From IMG/VR virus record IMGVR_UViG_3300036793_000032, positions 1 through 43,813 of that record: a stretch of 43,813 nucleotides of DNA. The stretch is one strand, 5' to 3'. This document shows, one piece after another, positions 1 through 9,755 of this stretch; position 1 is the stretch's first letter; each line of letters opens with the position of its first letter. Position numbers and translations under genes: made by a program. The notes beneath the pieces are model-generated. The model was not told where the DNA came from, did not search any database, and saw only the letters and a program-made list of their open reading frames with translations. The DNA comes from a virus. Taxonomy: Duplodnaviria > Caudoviricetes.

Positions 1-126
1 TGGCGCGGCTGTGCAAAAATTACAGACTGGTGCGGTTAGTGCCATCCGCGTTCAGACGTTCACTTCATCCGGTACATATACTCCAGATCCCAATCTCGTT
101 TACGCCGTCATCGAATGCGTGGGTGG
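1..126 (+). repeat. Direct terminal repeat, copy 1 (circular assembly overlap)
   Basis: Identical to 43673-43798. Confidence 0.95.
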
Positions 127-691
127 GGGTGGGGCAGGTGGTGGGGCAGCTATCACTGCCGCTGGCACACAGAATGGGGCTGGCAGTGGAAGCGGGGGGA
201 CGTACTCGCGCAAAACCGCCACTGCTACCGCTATCGGCGGCTCTCAGACCGTAACGGTTGGGGCAGGAGGAGCAGTTCCAACTGCCGGAAATAATCCGGG
301 GGGAGCTGGTGGCGCATCCAGTGTTGGAGCGCTTTGTACCGCGCCAGGGGGCCCAGGAGGCACCGGAGCGCCCTCGGCCGGTAACGGCGTTCAAGCCTCT
401 GCGCCTGCCGCAGGAACGGGGGACATCTCAATCCCAGGTCAACCCGGTACGCAGGGATTTCCTCTTCAAATTGGAAGTGCGTTCCCAGCCACAGTAGGGC
501 CCGGCGGAAGTAGCGGCCTTGGTTTCGGGTTGGGCGGCCAGCCTCAAAGCGCTGCTAACGGAACAAATAACCCCGGTGGTTTGTATGGCGGCGGCGGTGT
601 TGGCGGCTCTGACTTCAATAATACCGCAAATCGTTCTGGTGGTGCCGGGGCTCACGGGATCGTGATTATCACTGAGTTCTGCTCGCAATGA
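2..691 (+). CDS. 3' part of glycine-rich virion (tail fibre-like) protein
   Basis: QTFTSSGTYTP...VIECVGGGGAGGG...GGAGAHGIVIITEF pattern of phage Gly-rich domains; true start at 43605. Confidence 0.8.
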   Translation, partial: GAAVQKLQTGAVSAIRVQTFTSSGTYTPDPNLVYAVIECVGGGGAGGGAAITAAGTQNGAGSGSGGTYSRKTATATAIGGSQTVTVGAGGAVPTAGNNPGGAGGASSVGALCTAPGGPGGTGAPSAGNGVQASAPAAGTGDISIPGQPGTQGFPLQIGSAFPATVGPGGSSGLGFGLGGQPQSAANGTNNPGGLYGGGGVGGSDFNNTANRSGGAGAHGIVIITEFCSQ

Positions 692-1083
692 GACTTGTTT
701 GCGTCGATCCGGCGCGAATTAACGAAGTCTGGCCGCTAGCGTCGCATCTGATCAAATCCGCGATCGAACGAACCGGACTATCTGATTTTTCTAATGTGGA
801 GCGCGAAGTTCTTACCGGCGATCAGCTTCTATGGCTGGCTTGCAGCGATCGGATCGAAGCCGCTGCGACCACAAAGGTAGTCAAGATCGGACAGCATAAG
901 GTCTGCATCTTAGTGGCATGCGGTGGGGAAGGCCGGGAGCGTTGGCTCCCACTGTTCGAACAGATTGAGAAATACGCCAAAGAAGAAGGTTGTCGTTGCG
1001 TCCGTATCTACGGCCGCAAGGGATGGGAGCGTGTCTTGACGGGATATCAAGTCGATCACGTGATCTTGCAGAAGGTACTTTGA
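688..1083 (+). CDS. GNAT-fold-like protein of the podoviral tail/ejection block
   Basis: IEKYAKEEGCRCVRIYGRKGWERVL motif; position just before the ejection proteins. Confidence 0.6.
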   Translation: MRLVCVDPARINEVWPLASHLIKSAIERTGLSDFSNVEREVLTGDQLLWLACSDRIEAAATTKVVKIGQHKVCILVACGGEGRERWLPLFEQIEKYAKEEGCRCVRIYGRKGWERVLTGYQVDHVILQKVL

Positions 1084-1086
1084 GAT

Positions 1087-1944
1087 ATGGGCGGCACTAG
1101 CACGAGTCAGACGACGCAACAGTCCAGCACGAGTCCGTGGCAAACCGGGCAGGGTGTGGTCAACAGTCTTATCGGACAGCTTACGCCGCAAATAAATAAC
1201 AGCGGCCTAAACTCGACCGAAAGCGGTGCGATCAATCAGCTTGTCCAGAATGCCCAAGGCGGCAATCCTTGGACATCGCAAATCAGCGGGCTGACGAGCA
1301 ATCTGCTGAATGGTGGCGGCGCGGGCAATCAAACCGGCGCGATCAATAACGCCTATTCGCAGTATGCCGCCGAAACCAATCCGCTCGCATCGAACACCAA
1401 CTACAACCCGATGTCGACGCCTGGATTCTCGGATGCACTGAACACGGCCAATTCCGACATCACGAACCAGATCAACGGCCAGTTTGCCGCGGCCGGCCGA
1501 ACCGGATCGGGGATGAACACGCAGACGCTTGCTCGAGGCCTGACGCAGGGCGATGCTCAGATGATCGCCAACCAATATAATCAGAATGTCCAGAACCAGC
1601 AGGGCGCGGCGAACAACCTCTACAACGCGGGCAATACGACATCGGGGTTACTGACCGGGCTGACCCAACAGGGACTTACGAACCAGCTCCAGGGTGTCCA
1701 GACGGCCAATGATGCCTTGACGGCGCAGAACTATGGGCCAAATGCGGCTCTTTCGGCTTCCGAGCTTGGCCAAAACCTTCCCGCTCAAACGCTCGGCCTT
1801 CTGGCCCAGATCGGGATTCCAATCGCTGGGTTGGGAACGAACTCGACGGGAAGCGGTACCACGACAAACCAGATGAGCGGGGCGCAGCAGTTCGGGCAGA
1901 TTGCCGGCGGTGTCGCCAACATCGGCAAGTTTCTATTCGGTTGA
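1087..1944 (+). CDS. DNA ejection/internal virion protein
   Basis: MGG-S/T-rich N-terminus, Q/N/G-rich, hydrophobic Gly-rich C-terminal helix; synteny. Confidence 0.65.
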   Translation: MGGTSTSQTTQQSSTSPWQTGQGVVNSLIGQLTPQINNSGLNSTESGAINQLVQNAQGGNPWTSQISGLTSNLLNGGGAGNQTGAINNAYSQYAAETNPLASNTNYNPMSTPGFSDALNTANSDITNQINGQFAAAGRTGSGMNTQTLARGLTQGDAQMIANQYNQNVQNQQGAANNLYNAGNTTSGLLTGLTQQGLTNQLQGVQTANDALTAQNYGPNAALSASELGQNLPAQTLGLLAQIGIPIAGLGTNSTGSGTTTNQMSGAQQFGQIAGGVANIGKFLFG

Positions 1945-1955
1945 GGTCAGAATAA

Positions 1956-3578
1956 ATGGCACTTCTCGATTTCCTCAACTCTCCTTCTTCCGGCGGATTA
2001 TTGGATTTCTTGCGTCAAAACGCAATGAACCAGCAGTTTCCGAGCGGTATGGCGTCCGATCAGGCGCAGTATGGACAGCAGCCGATTTTGCCATCTGCTC
2101 CGAGCCCACAGGGCGCTCCGCAGACACCACAGCCGAGCCCGCTTGATAGCGCTCAATGGCCGTATGGTCCTAATGGGACGCCGTCTCAGGCTAACGCCGC
2201 GATGCCCGGTTTACCCGGTACGGCAGGTCAGCCCGCACCGCAGACACCTCCACCCGCACAATCGCCGCAGCCCATGCAGGCGCCTCAAGGTCCCGGAATT
2301 GGCGATCGGCTTCTCGCAGGCTTGCAGGGCTTCGCCGCGCCTTCAACGGGGGGTCTTATCGGTCATTTGGCCGGAGGCATCAGTGGGATCGCTAACGGCC
2401 AGACTGCGTCCAATTTAACGGCTCAGGTGTTGATCGCCAAAGGCGTTGATCCGACGATCGTTAAGGCTGCGATCGGCAATCCCGAGATCATGAAGACGCT
2501 CATCACCCAGGCATTCGGGCCTCAGACAGTTACATCGCTGGGTCAAGGTTATGTTGCAGATAGGAATGGCAAGATTACGCGTGCCTATACGCCGGATGAT
2601 AAAACCCCTTCCGGTTTTTCTCAAGCCGACGACGGCACGATGCATTTCGTTCCCGGCGGCCCCGCCGATCCGGCCTACATGCGTTTGAAGGAAGAGCAGG
2701 GTGGCACCGGCGGCCTCTCTCTCAATCCCATTTATGGAAAGGACGCGGAGGGCAACACGGTCCTCCTTCAAGCGGGCAAAAACGGCGTCGCCGTGCAAAG
2801 TAAATTACCAAGCGGAGTTACGCTCAACGGTGTTGATAACCAGACGCTCGCATCTGATGCGGCACGCCTTAATGAAGGCGACGATACCGTTCTCAAGAAG
2901 TATTCTAACAAGGGGCAGGGTCGAATCGATCTTCTACGTTTGAACAATGAGGCAAATCGACAGCGCTCCGAAGCAGGATTAGCCCCAATCGATATAACAC
3001 AGAATCGAATCGCATTGCAGGGTGACGTAGCGCGCGAACGTGCAGCCGGAAATATGGAAGGCCGTATGGCGCCTGCCGCAGTCGAAGCTCAGGGTGCATT
3101 CCAGATTGCGCGCGAAGCGTCGGAAAACCTCGCTAGAACTAATTTCGTGCCGTACAATAAAATATTGCAAGCTGGAGAGGCTGCATTTAGCAATCCCGAA
3201 TTGAAGGCAGCGGCAACTGCTTACAATACTGCGGTCATGACATACTCGAAGGCCATCACGCCAACGGGCGTCGGTACTGTGACGGCGCAAGAACACGCGC
3301 GTCAGATTCTAGAGACAGCCGATGGACCGCAAGCCACCAAAGCTGCATTTGACCAGCTTAGCCGCGAAGTCGATATGGCGCATCAATCGCCGGGATTGGC
3401 ACGGCAGTATTTTGCTGATGCTCGCAAGGCGAAGATGGAAGGGCGCCCTCCGCCGCCGATGCCAACTTATCAGCAGGTAACGCCGTCTGCCGTACTACCC
3501 GCTACAGCGGGGACCGCGCCCCTGCAACCCGGCGCATCCACCACGATCAACGGCGTGACCATTAAGCGGATCAACTGA
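1956..3578 (+). CDS. DNA ejection/internal virion protein
   Basis: 540 aa, Pro/Gln-rich N-terminus, helical remainder; synteny. Confidence 0.6.
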   Translation: MALLDFLNSPSSGGLLDFLRQNAMNQQFPSGMASDQAQYGQQPILPSAPSPQGAPQTPQPSPLDSAQWPYGPNGTPSQANAAMPGLPGTAGQPAPQTPPPAQSPQPMQAPQGPGIGDRLLAGLQGFAAPSTGGLIGHLAGGISGIANGQTASNLTAQVLIAKGVDPTIVKAAIGNPEIMKTLITQAFGPQTVTSLGQGYVADRNGKITRAYTPDDKTPSGFSQADDGTMHFVPGGPADPAYMRLKEEQGGTGGLSLNPIYGKDAEGNTVLLQAGKNGVAVQSKLPSGVTLNGVDNQTLASDAARLNEGDDTVLKKYSNKGQGRIDLLRLNNEANRQRSEAGLAPIDITQNRIALQGDVARERAAGNMEGRMAPAAVEAQGAFQIAREASENLARTNFVPYNKILQAGEAAFSNPELKAAATAYNTAVMTYSKAITPTGVGTVTAQEHARQILETADGPQATKAAFDQLSREVDMAHQSPGLARQYFADARKAKMEGRPPPPMPTYQQVTPSAVLPATAGTAPLQPGASTTINGVTIKRIN

Positions 3579-5200
3579 TGCCGACCTTTGAACTGACGGG
3601 ACCGGATGGCGGAACGTATCATGTCGATGCGCCGGACGAACACGCTGCCGTCGCGGCGTTTTCCGACTTCCACGGCTCGCAATCCGCTCCGGCGCAAGCT
3701 CCAGACACGCTTACCGACGTAGCTAAATCAGTGGGATCGGGCCTCGTCCACAGTGCCATAAGCACCCTTGGTGCGCCCGGTGATCTCGGAACGCTAGCGC
3801 AGAAGGTCGGCGATATGCTGCCTTCCATTCCGCAAGGCTTCTCGAAAGTTTCAGACTTCTTGAAGGACGAATCCGCCAAATCCGCGAAGTATTATGGGGC
3901 AAGCGGTGATCTGCCGGGCTCTTATGTGCCTCCGACCACTCAACAACTGGAAAGCTCCACCACGGGACCGGAATATAAGCCGCAGACCGGCGCGGGTGAG
4001 GTTGCCCAGCGCATCAGCGAGTTCGCGCCCGGTGTGATCGGAGGGCCGGAATCCCTTGCGACCCGCGTTCTCACCCGAGCGGTTGCGCCGGCGCTCGGCA
4101 GCGAAGCCGCTGGGAAACTGACCGAAGGAACAGCGCTCCAGCCTTATGCGGAGGTCGCAGGAGCGCTTGCTGGCGGTGCCGGCGCGTCCGCCGGGCTGAA
4201 TAAATTCAATTCATTGGTGGCTGCCAGCAAAGCAGCCAAGGCCGTTCCGACCACAGAGGCTTTGAAGGATGCTGCTCGATCTGGATATGACCATCCTGAC
4301 GTTGCCGCGGTGAAGATCCAGCCTCAAGCAGCAAGCGATCTCGGGGCCACAATTGAAAACGATTTGGTCCAGCAAGGCTTTCGCCCTCGCGCCGGACAAG
4401 GAGGACTAGTATTCGATACGATTCGCGAGCTGAAAAACGCTCCGGGTCCGGTGTCAGTGCAGGATATCGACAGCGTCCGCAAGGCGCTAGGCCAAGTCGG
4501 AAAGAGCGGCATCCCTACTGCCGACAGCGTTGCCGCAAAGGCTGCCATTACTCACATTGACGACTTCTTGCCGAATTTGAAGCAGTCCGACTTGATTGCT
4601 GGCGATGCTGCCAAGGCAACCCAGATCCTTCAGGATGCAAGAGGTAATTGGGCCGCCGCGAAACGCTCCGACATGCTCAATTCCAAGATCGACGCCGCGG
4701 AGTTGCAGGCGGCATCAGCAAATTCCGGCCATAACCTGGAGAACGCACTGCGACAGCGTGTGCGGTCTATCCTGACCTCACCAAAGCTCTCGCGTGGCTT
4801 GAGCGATGATGAGCGCAATGCGCTGGAATCGTTCGTTCGTGGCACCGTCACGAGCAATGTCATCCGGCATGTCGGTAACGTCCTGGGGGGAGGGGGCGGC
4901 TTGGGTCATCTGCTTACGGCCGGCGCGGGTGCCGTTACGGCTGGTGTTCCCGGCGCGATATTGGGACCGATGGCAGGAACCGCACTGAAGGCTTTCAGCA
5001 ATGCGAGTGCCGGGCAAAAGATTCGCGCGCTTGATACGATGTTGCGTTCACGATCTCCGCTGGCGCTTCAAGCCGCCCAGCAGATGCCTCGGCAGCTCAT
5101 CAGCCTCTTGCCGAAACAATCGGCCGCTATTCTGGCCAGTATGGCCGCGCAATCGGCGGCTTCTCAGCAGCAACAGCAGCCAATTCAGCAGCCACGTTGA
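3578..5200 (+). CDS. DNA ejection/transfer protein
   Basis: MPTFELTGPDGGTYHVDAP N-terminus common in ejection proteins; Ala/Gly-rich membrane-insertion-like segments. Confidence 0.65.
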   Translation: MPTFELTGPDGGTYHVDAPDEHAAVAAFSDFHGSQSAPAQAPDTLTDVAKSVGSGLVHSAISTLGAPGDLGTLAQKVGDMLPSIPQGFSKVSDFLKDESAKSAKYYGASGDLPGSYVPPTTQQLESSTTGPEYKPQTGAGEVAQRISEFAPGVIGGPESLATRVLTRAVAPALGSEAAGKLTEGTALQPYAEVAGALAGGAGASAGLNKFNSLVAASKAAKAVPTTEALKDAARSGYDHPDVAAVKIQPQAASDLGATIENDLVQQGFRPRAGQGGLVFDTIRELKNAPGPVSVQDIDSVRKALGQVGKSGIPTADSVAAKAAITHIDDFLPNLKQSDLIAGDAAKATQILQDARGNWAAAKRSDMLNSKIDAAELQAASANSGHNLENALRQRVRSILTSPKLSRGLSDDERNALESFVRGTVTSNVIRHVGNVLGGGGGLGHLLTAGAGAVTAGVPGAILGPMAGTALKAFSNASAGQKIRALDTMLRSRSPLALQAAQQMPRQLISLLPKQSAAILASMAAQSAASQQQQQPIQQPR

Positions 5201-5320
5201 TAGCCACGCGGCGCCCATGCCCAACATGCCGACGAGATGACCGTTTGGTGTCCATTGCCAATGTATATTGCTGGCGGCGACCGCGAAAACGATAAGGCCC
5301 TGAAAGAAATACCAGAACAT
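5048..5320 (-). CDS. Small antisense membrane protein, superinfection-exclusion candidate
   Basis: Two hydrophobic helices (MFWYFFQGLIVFAVAA; LVGMLGMGAAWLSTWLLNWLLLLL) followed by a basic tail; fills the gap between ejection genes. Confidence 0.55.
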   Translation of the reverse strand: MFWYFFQGLIVFAVAASNIHWQWTPNGHLVGMLGMGAAWLSTWLLNWLLLLLRSRRLRGHTGQNSGRLFRQEADELPRHLLGGLKRQRRS

Positions 5321-6035
5321 GAGCACCACTGATCAAATCATCAATGTGGAATCGGGAGGCGATCCGAACGCCACCAATCCTAATTCGTCGGCCGTAGGCG
5401 CTGGACAGTTCATCGCGCCGACTTTTCTGTCCGTCATTAAGGATCATTTCCCCGATCTGGCGCAGGGCAAATCGGACGATGAAATCCTTGCGATGCGCAC
5501 GGACCCGAACATTTCCCGGCAAGCGACGGAAGCCTACGCCCAAGACAACCAAGCGATTCTAGCCAAGAACGGCCTGCCTGTCACGCCGGGATCGACTTAC
5601 CTGGCGCACTTCGCAGGCCCGCAAGGTGCCGTTAAGATTTTGCAAGCTAACCCGAACGCGCCGGTTTCGGACATTCTGGGAGCAGCTGCGGTCAAGGCCA
5701 ATCCCTTCCTCCAGGGCATGACGGCTCAAGGCTTGCAGGCATGGGCGGCTAAGAAGATGGGCACGCAAGCCCCGCAGCCGGGCGTCCAGACGGCTCAGGC
5801 CGGCGGTCAACCGCCTTCAGCGCCACCTCAGCCCGCGCCCCAGCAGGCTCCTATCTTCGCCCAGGCCGCGCCTCAGGCTGCCCCTCAAGCGCCTTCTACA
5901 CCATCTGCGCTACCCTTCACCGATCAAGCCGCTCAGGCACAGCCGATCTTCGTCGCACCGCGTAAACCGATCGATTTGTCAGGACTTCAACAGGCGCTCG
6001 CCCAGCGAATGCCGATCTTCGCGAAACAGGGATAA
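5319..6035 (+). CDS. Virion-associated lytic transglycosylase-like protein
   Basis: IINVESGGDPNA...SSAVGAGQF SLT/lysozyme-like motifs, YLAHFAG, P/Q/A-rich tail. Confidence 0.8.
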   Translation: MSTTDQIINVESGGDPNATNPNSSAVGAGQFIAPTFLSVIKDHFPDLAQGKSDDEILAMRTDPNISRQATEAYAQDNQAILAKNGLPVTPGSTYLAHFAGPQGAVKILQANPNAPVSDILGAAAVKANPFLQGMTAQGLQAWAAKKMGTQAPQPGVQTAQAGGQPPSAPPQPAPQQAPIFAQAAPQAAPQAPSTPSALPFTDQAAQAQPIFVAPRKPIDLSGLQQALAQRMPIFAKQG

Positions 6036-6038
6036 GGC

Positions 6039-7040
6039 ATGCCTTTCTATCTTTGGTCTGAGACCCCTAATAACAACGGCACAGCCGATCCCACCATCAA
6101 CATGGCGGAAGGTATGGCGCCTTCTGCTATCAACGACGGCATCCGTGCTGCGATGGCTCGGGTTCGCGAGTATGGCAATGACATCGCAGGCGCAATCGTC
6201 ACTTCAGGAACGTCTACTTCCTACACTGTTTCATCGAACCAGGTCTTTGATACCCTCGCGCATCTCAACGGCCAGGTAATCGCCTTCTCCCCTCATGCGA
6301 CGAACACCGGCACCACGACATTGAGTGTCGATGGTTTGACCGCGAAACCGCTTCGTTCGGCGCCAAGTGTTGAACTTTTGGCCGGAACGATCATCCAGGG
6401 AACGCCCTACGTTGCCATCTATAACAACACCGATGGAGCGTTTTATCTGCAGGGATTTTTCGGCAATAGCCCGTCGAGCATTCCGGTAGGGGGCACTGTA
6501 ATTTGGTGGACTAGTGGTCTTCCGAGTAGTTCCTGGACGTGGTGCAATGGCGGGGCCATCAATCGAACGGTATATGCGCAATTATTTGGTCAGCTCGGAA
6601 CGACGTTCGGAGTCGGCGATGGTTCAACGACGTTCAACGTGCCAGACTTACGAGAAGTTGCCCCAATCGGGGTTGCCGGTATGGGCGCTACAGGCGGTAG
6701 AGGACTTACGAGCTTCCCGAACTGGAACGTCGTTGGAACGGTGTTTGGCGAGCAAAACCACACGCTAACTGCTGGTGAAATTCCGACCATCACGGCCACC
6801 GGTAGCGGTTCAGCAAGCGTTACATCTACAGTGGGCAATGTGGTGCAGGGCGGCGTGCAGGGCATTAATGCAACACCAGGGTCATCTGTTAACGGACTTA
6901 ACAACACCGGAGCTGGCTCCAGCGCAATCAATTCGACCGGAAGCGCATCGGTTAGTACGAGCTCCAATAACACGGGAGGCGCGGCTCACAACAACATGCA
7001 GCCGTCAGTCACGTGTGGATATATTATCCGCGTTATTTAA
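6039..7040 (+). CDS. Tail fibre protein with tail-collar domain
   Basis: IPVGGTVIWW...WCNGGAINRTVYAQLF...GDGSTTFNVPDLR...HNNMQPSVTCGYIIRV collar motifs. Confidence 0.88.
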   Translation: MPFYLWSETPNNNGTADPTINMAEGMAPSAINDGIRAAMARVREYGNDIAGAIVTSGTSTSYTVSSNQVFDTLAHLNGQVIAFSPHATNTGTTTLSVDGLTAKPLRSAPSVELLAGTIIQGTPYVAIYNNTDGAFYLQGFFGNSPSSIPVGGTVIWWTSGLPSSSWTWCNGGAINRTVYAQLFGQLGTTFGVGDGSTTFNVPDLREVAPIGVAGMGATGGRGLTSFPNWNVVGTVFGEQNHTLTAGEIPTITATGSGSASVTSTVGNVVQGGVQGINATPGSSVNGLNNTGAGSSAINSTGSASVSTSSNNTGGAAHNNMQPSVTCGYIIRVI

Positions 7041-7894
7041 ATATTTCGACCCGAAACAGCGGGTGAGATAACCTTGGCAGGATTTATTTTCTTTCTCAGG
7101 ATCACAATAAACTCGATTGACAAAAATGCTGTTTCGTAAATTTTTACGATCTCAAGATCCAAAATATTTAAGTTTATTGCAGTTTCTAGGGCAACGCGAA
7201 ATGATTCAGGAGTAAAAACGTAAGCGTGGCAATCAGTGTAACTGCCATCGGAAGTGGCTTGGATGCAAATATCGAATGCGGTTGCGGCATCATTATATTT
7301 CGGGATGGTGGAAGGATTGATGGCGCGACACCAGAGCCTTGCATGCTCTATTCTTGAAACTTTGGCGGCTTGCGAATAGTGATCAAAGATATGCATCGGT
7401 CTTGGTACAGTTTCACCGCGAATCCAATTATCAATGAATATTGCCGGAGAAGTTACGGGACGCGTTACATCAAAGGTATATCGTTTATCCGGTATAGCCA
7501 ACGAGACAATGCCCCCCTCTTTCAGGACTGATGAAATATCATCCAGCCAACCAAACATATTTGGCGTATGTTCGATAACATGGGACGCAATTGAATAATC
7601 GAACTCAATATTCGGACCGACCACATCGCGGAATCTTCCGCCATTCCATACATAATCGATGTTTACGAACTCTGATGGCTTGTAGGCGTTGCTTTCAGGA
7701 ATGAAAGCTCGCATCTCATCACTAGATTTTACATCAACGTATCGAACTTCGCCGTCAGATTTGGATATTAGAGGCTTATTCAATGGCCCAAATTCCAGCC
7801 CGATGCCATTTTCTATATCGATTCTGTCGAGTAACTTTTCTCTTCTGTCTCTAACTCGACGATTATGAAGGTGAGTTTTAAGCGCCGTTAGCAT
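7037..7894 (-). CDS. Class I SAM-dependent methyltransferase (moron)
   Basis: GLEFGPLNKP motif I, YVD, FDYSIASHVIEH, LKEGG; AT-richer than its neighbours and on the opposite strand. Confidence 0.85.
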   Translation of the reverse strand: MLTALKTHLHNRRVRDRREKLLDRIDIENGIGLEFGPLNKPLISKSDGEVRYVDVKSSDEMRAFIPESNAYKPSEFVNIDYVWNGGRFRDVVGPNIEFDYSIASHVIEHTPNMFGWLDDISSVLKEGGIVSLAIPDKRYTFDVTRPVTSPAIFIDNWIRGETVPRPMHIFDHYSQAAKVSRIEHARLWCRAINPSTIPKYNDAATAFDICIQATSDGSYTDCHAYVFTPESFRVALETAINLNILDLEIVKIYETAFLSIEFIVILRKKINPAKVISPAVSGRNI

Positions 7895-7951
7895 CTTGCA
7901 CTCCGGGTTGGGGTGCGGACCTTACCGTCTGCATCGTAAAGCTTGCAATAC

Positions 7952-7982
7952 AAAGCCGCCCTTCGAGGCGGCTTTTTCTTTT
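7952..7982 (+). terminator. Rho-independent terminator
   Basis: AAAGCCGCC-CTTCGA-GGCGGCTTT followed by TTCTTTT. Confidence 0.85.
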
Positions 7983-7992
7983 GGAGATCCAC

Positions 7993-8085
7993 ATGACCCG
8001 TGAAATGGCCCGCGCGCTATGCGAGGCCGGCTACATGCCTTTGGTCGAATATCTGCGGCTCTGCCGAGAGAATGGGTGGGGATAG
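7993..8085 (+). CDS. 30-aa peptide preceding the endolysin
   Basis: GGAG RBS; MTREMARALCEAGYMPLVEYLRLCRENGWG; not in the ORF track. Confidence 0.5.
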   Translation: MTREMARALCEAGYMPLVEYLRLCRENGWG

Positions 8086-8089
8086 GACA

Positions 8090-8620
8090 ATGGTTGCGAA
8101 CACTGTGGAAGTGATTTCGGCGCCGCTCAGGATTAGCCCTTCAGGGCTAGAGCTAGTGCAGGCGTTCGAAGCCTGTATGGCCGCTATTCCGGGTCAGAAA
8201 GGCCGCTTTAAGCCATATCTGGATTCCGCGGGCGTCCTGACGATCGGCTGGGGCCACACAAATCACGGTCTGCCGCGGTTCGACGCTAGTGCGGTTTGGT
8301 CGCAGCAGGACTGCGATTCGGCGCTGGCGATCGACATGCGGACCTTCGAAAGCCATGTCCATCAGCTGTGCCACGTCGAGCTCGAGCAAAACGAATTCGA
8401 TGCTCTGGTGTCGTGGTCATTTAACACCGGAGGGCCGGCGACCGCTACGCTTTGGAAGAAGCTGAACGCTGCCAACAAAGCCGCGATCCCGGCTGAACTT
8501 GCCAAGTGGAATAGGGCCGGCGGTAAAGTCCTGGCGGGCCTCACCAGGCGCCGGAAAGCGGAAGGCATGATGTTCTCTGGCGATGTCAAAGGCGCGCTGG
8601 CTCTAGCTCACGGCAGTTAA
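8090..8620 (+). CDS. Endolysin, GH24 phage lysozyme
   Basis: FEAC...PYLDSAGVLTIGWGHT (E-D-T triad), QNEFDALVSWSFNTG, GLTRRRKAE; ATG 8090 preferred over GTG 8000. Confidence 0.92.
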   Translation: MVANTVEVISAPLRISPSGLELVQAFEACMAAIPGQKGRFKPYLDSAGVLTIGWGHTNHGLPRFDASAVWSQQDCDSALAIDMRTFESHVHQLCHVELEQNEFDALVSWSFNTGGPATATLWKKLNAANKAAIPAELAKWNRAGGKVLAGLTRRRKAEGMMFSGDVKGALALAHGS

Positions 8621-8673
8621 GATTACCGCCGCGCGACGGCCTCGCGCAATCTCTCTTCAAATCAAGGTGGACT

Positions 8674-9018
8674 ATGAACCTCTCGTTCCCGACGGGAGCG
8701 CAGCTCGCTGCGTTCGGCCGTCACGTTGTCACATATGGCGCCGGTGCTGTTACGGCCGGCGTCGCTATCCATTTCCTGACGCCTGATCAGGGAAGTCAGA
8801 TCACCGCTTCCCTCAGCAACATCGTCAGCGGCGTCAACTCAATCGTCGGTGGTGTGGCAACTCTGGTCGCGGTCTTTTCTGGCCTCTACGCCGCTTGGAC
8901 TGCCAGCCCATCTTCACAGATCAAGGCGGTCGCGGCCAATCCAGACGTATCGAAAGTGATTGCCGCCCCCGCCGTGGCAGACGCCATTCCCAGCAACAAA
9001 GTCGTCTCCTCACAATGA
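8674..9018 (+). CDS. Putative holin
   Basis: Two TM-like segments, RHVVTYGAG motif, directly after the endolysin. Confidence 0.65.
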   Translation: MNLSFPTGAQLAAFGRHVVTYGAGAVTAGVAIHFLTPDQGSQITASLSNIVSGVNSIVGGVATLVAVFSGLYAAWTASPSSQIKAVAANPDVSKVIAAPAVADAIPSNKVVSSQ

Positions 9019-9029
9019 AAGGACTACCC

Positions 9030-9428
9030 ATGCGCAAAACTCTTGCCGCAGCCCTCGTGCTCGGCTCACTGGCTCTCGGAGGATGTGCCGCCGAGCTCCA
9101 GAAGCTTCAGACTGTCTATTCCGTCGTTACCCAGACGAGCGTTCCTCCCACCACCATCATCGTGGCGGCGAACTCGTTCGATGCTCTGGAAGCGACGGCC
9201 ACGCAATATCTCAGCTATTGTAAAGCCAATCTGACGACGTCGGCCTGTTCGGCCACCAATCGCCGCACTGTCATTCAGGCGGTTCGTGCGGGTAGGGCTG
9301 CTCGCAACCAGCTTGAAACCTACGTCACCAACAACACGAACGCCCCGAGCGCGATCTATAACGCCCTCGTCGCGGCAATCAACACCCTCAACACGTCGCC
9401 TGTTTCAACCGTTGGAGCCTCGAAATGA
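9030..9428 (+). CDS. Lipoprotein, spanin candidate
   Basis: MRKTLAAALVLGSLALGG-C lipobox; lysis cassette. Confidence 0.7.
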   Translation: MRKTLAAALVLGSLALGGCAAELQKLQTVYSVVTQTSVPPTTIIVAANSFDALEATATQYLSYCKANLTTSACSATNRRTVIQAVRAGRAARNQLETYVTNNTNAPSAIYNALVAAINTLNTSPVSTVGASK

Positions 9429-9727
9429 CCGCAGTTATCTCAGCCGTCCTCGCGATGATCGAGCAGCTTTTGCCGGCTGTTCTCTCGACCGCGGAAGCTT
9501 CAACGATCACTTCGATCATCAATGCCTTGATCCAGATGATGCCCTTTATCATCCAAGAAGTGCAGGCACTTGTGACGCCGGTCAAGAACATCATCGCCGC
9601 GCTTTCGGCAAATGCCGCTACGACGGCCGATCAGCTCGCGACACTTCAGCAGTTGGACGCCCAGGTCGATACGGCTTTTGAAGCCATCGCGACTCAGGTT
9701 GATCCTGACGCGCCGGCCGCCAGCTAA
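9425..9727 (+). CDS. Amphipathic helical lysis-cassette protein
   Basis: ATGA-coupled to the lipoprotein gene; hydrophobic helices. Confidence 0.6.
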   Translation: MTAVISAVLAMIEQLLPAVLSTAEASTITSIINALIQMMPFIIQEVQALVTPVKNIIAALSANAATTADQLATLQQLDAQVDTAFEAIATQVDPDAPAAS

Positions 9728-9755
9728 CGCAACAACCGGTGGAGACCAATGCATC

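Noticed and set aside
1-126. 126-bp terminal repeat as a biological packaging repeat
   Set aside because: It falls mid-gene and has the length expected of an assembler k-mer overlap; treated as evidence of circularity only
119-147. G-run cluster resembling a G-quadruplex
   Set aside because: Explained by consecutive Gly codons
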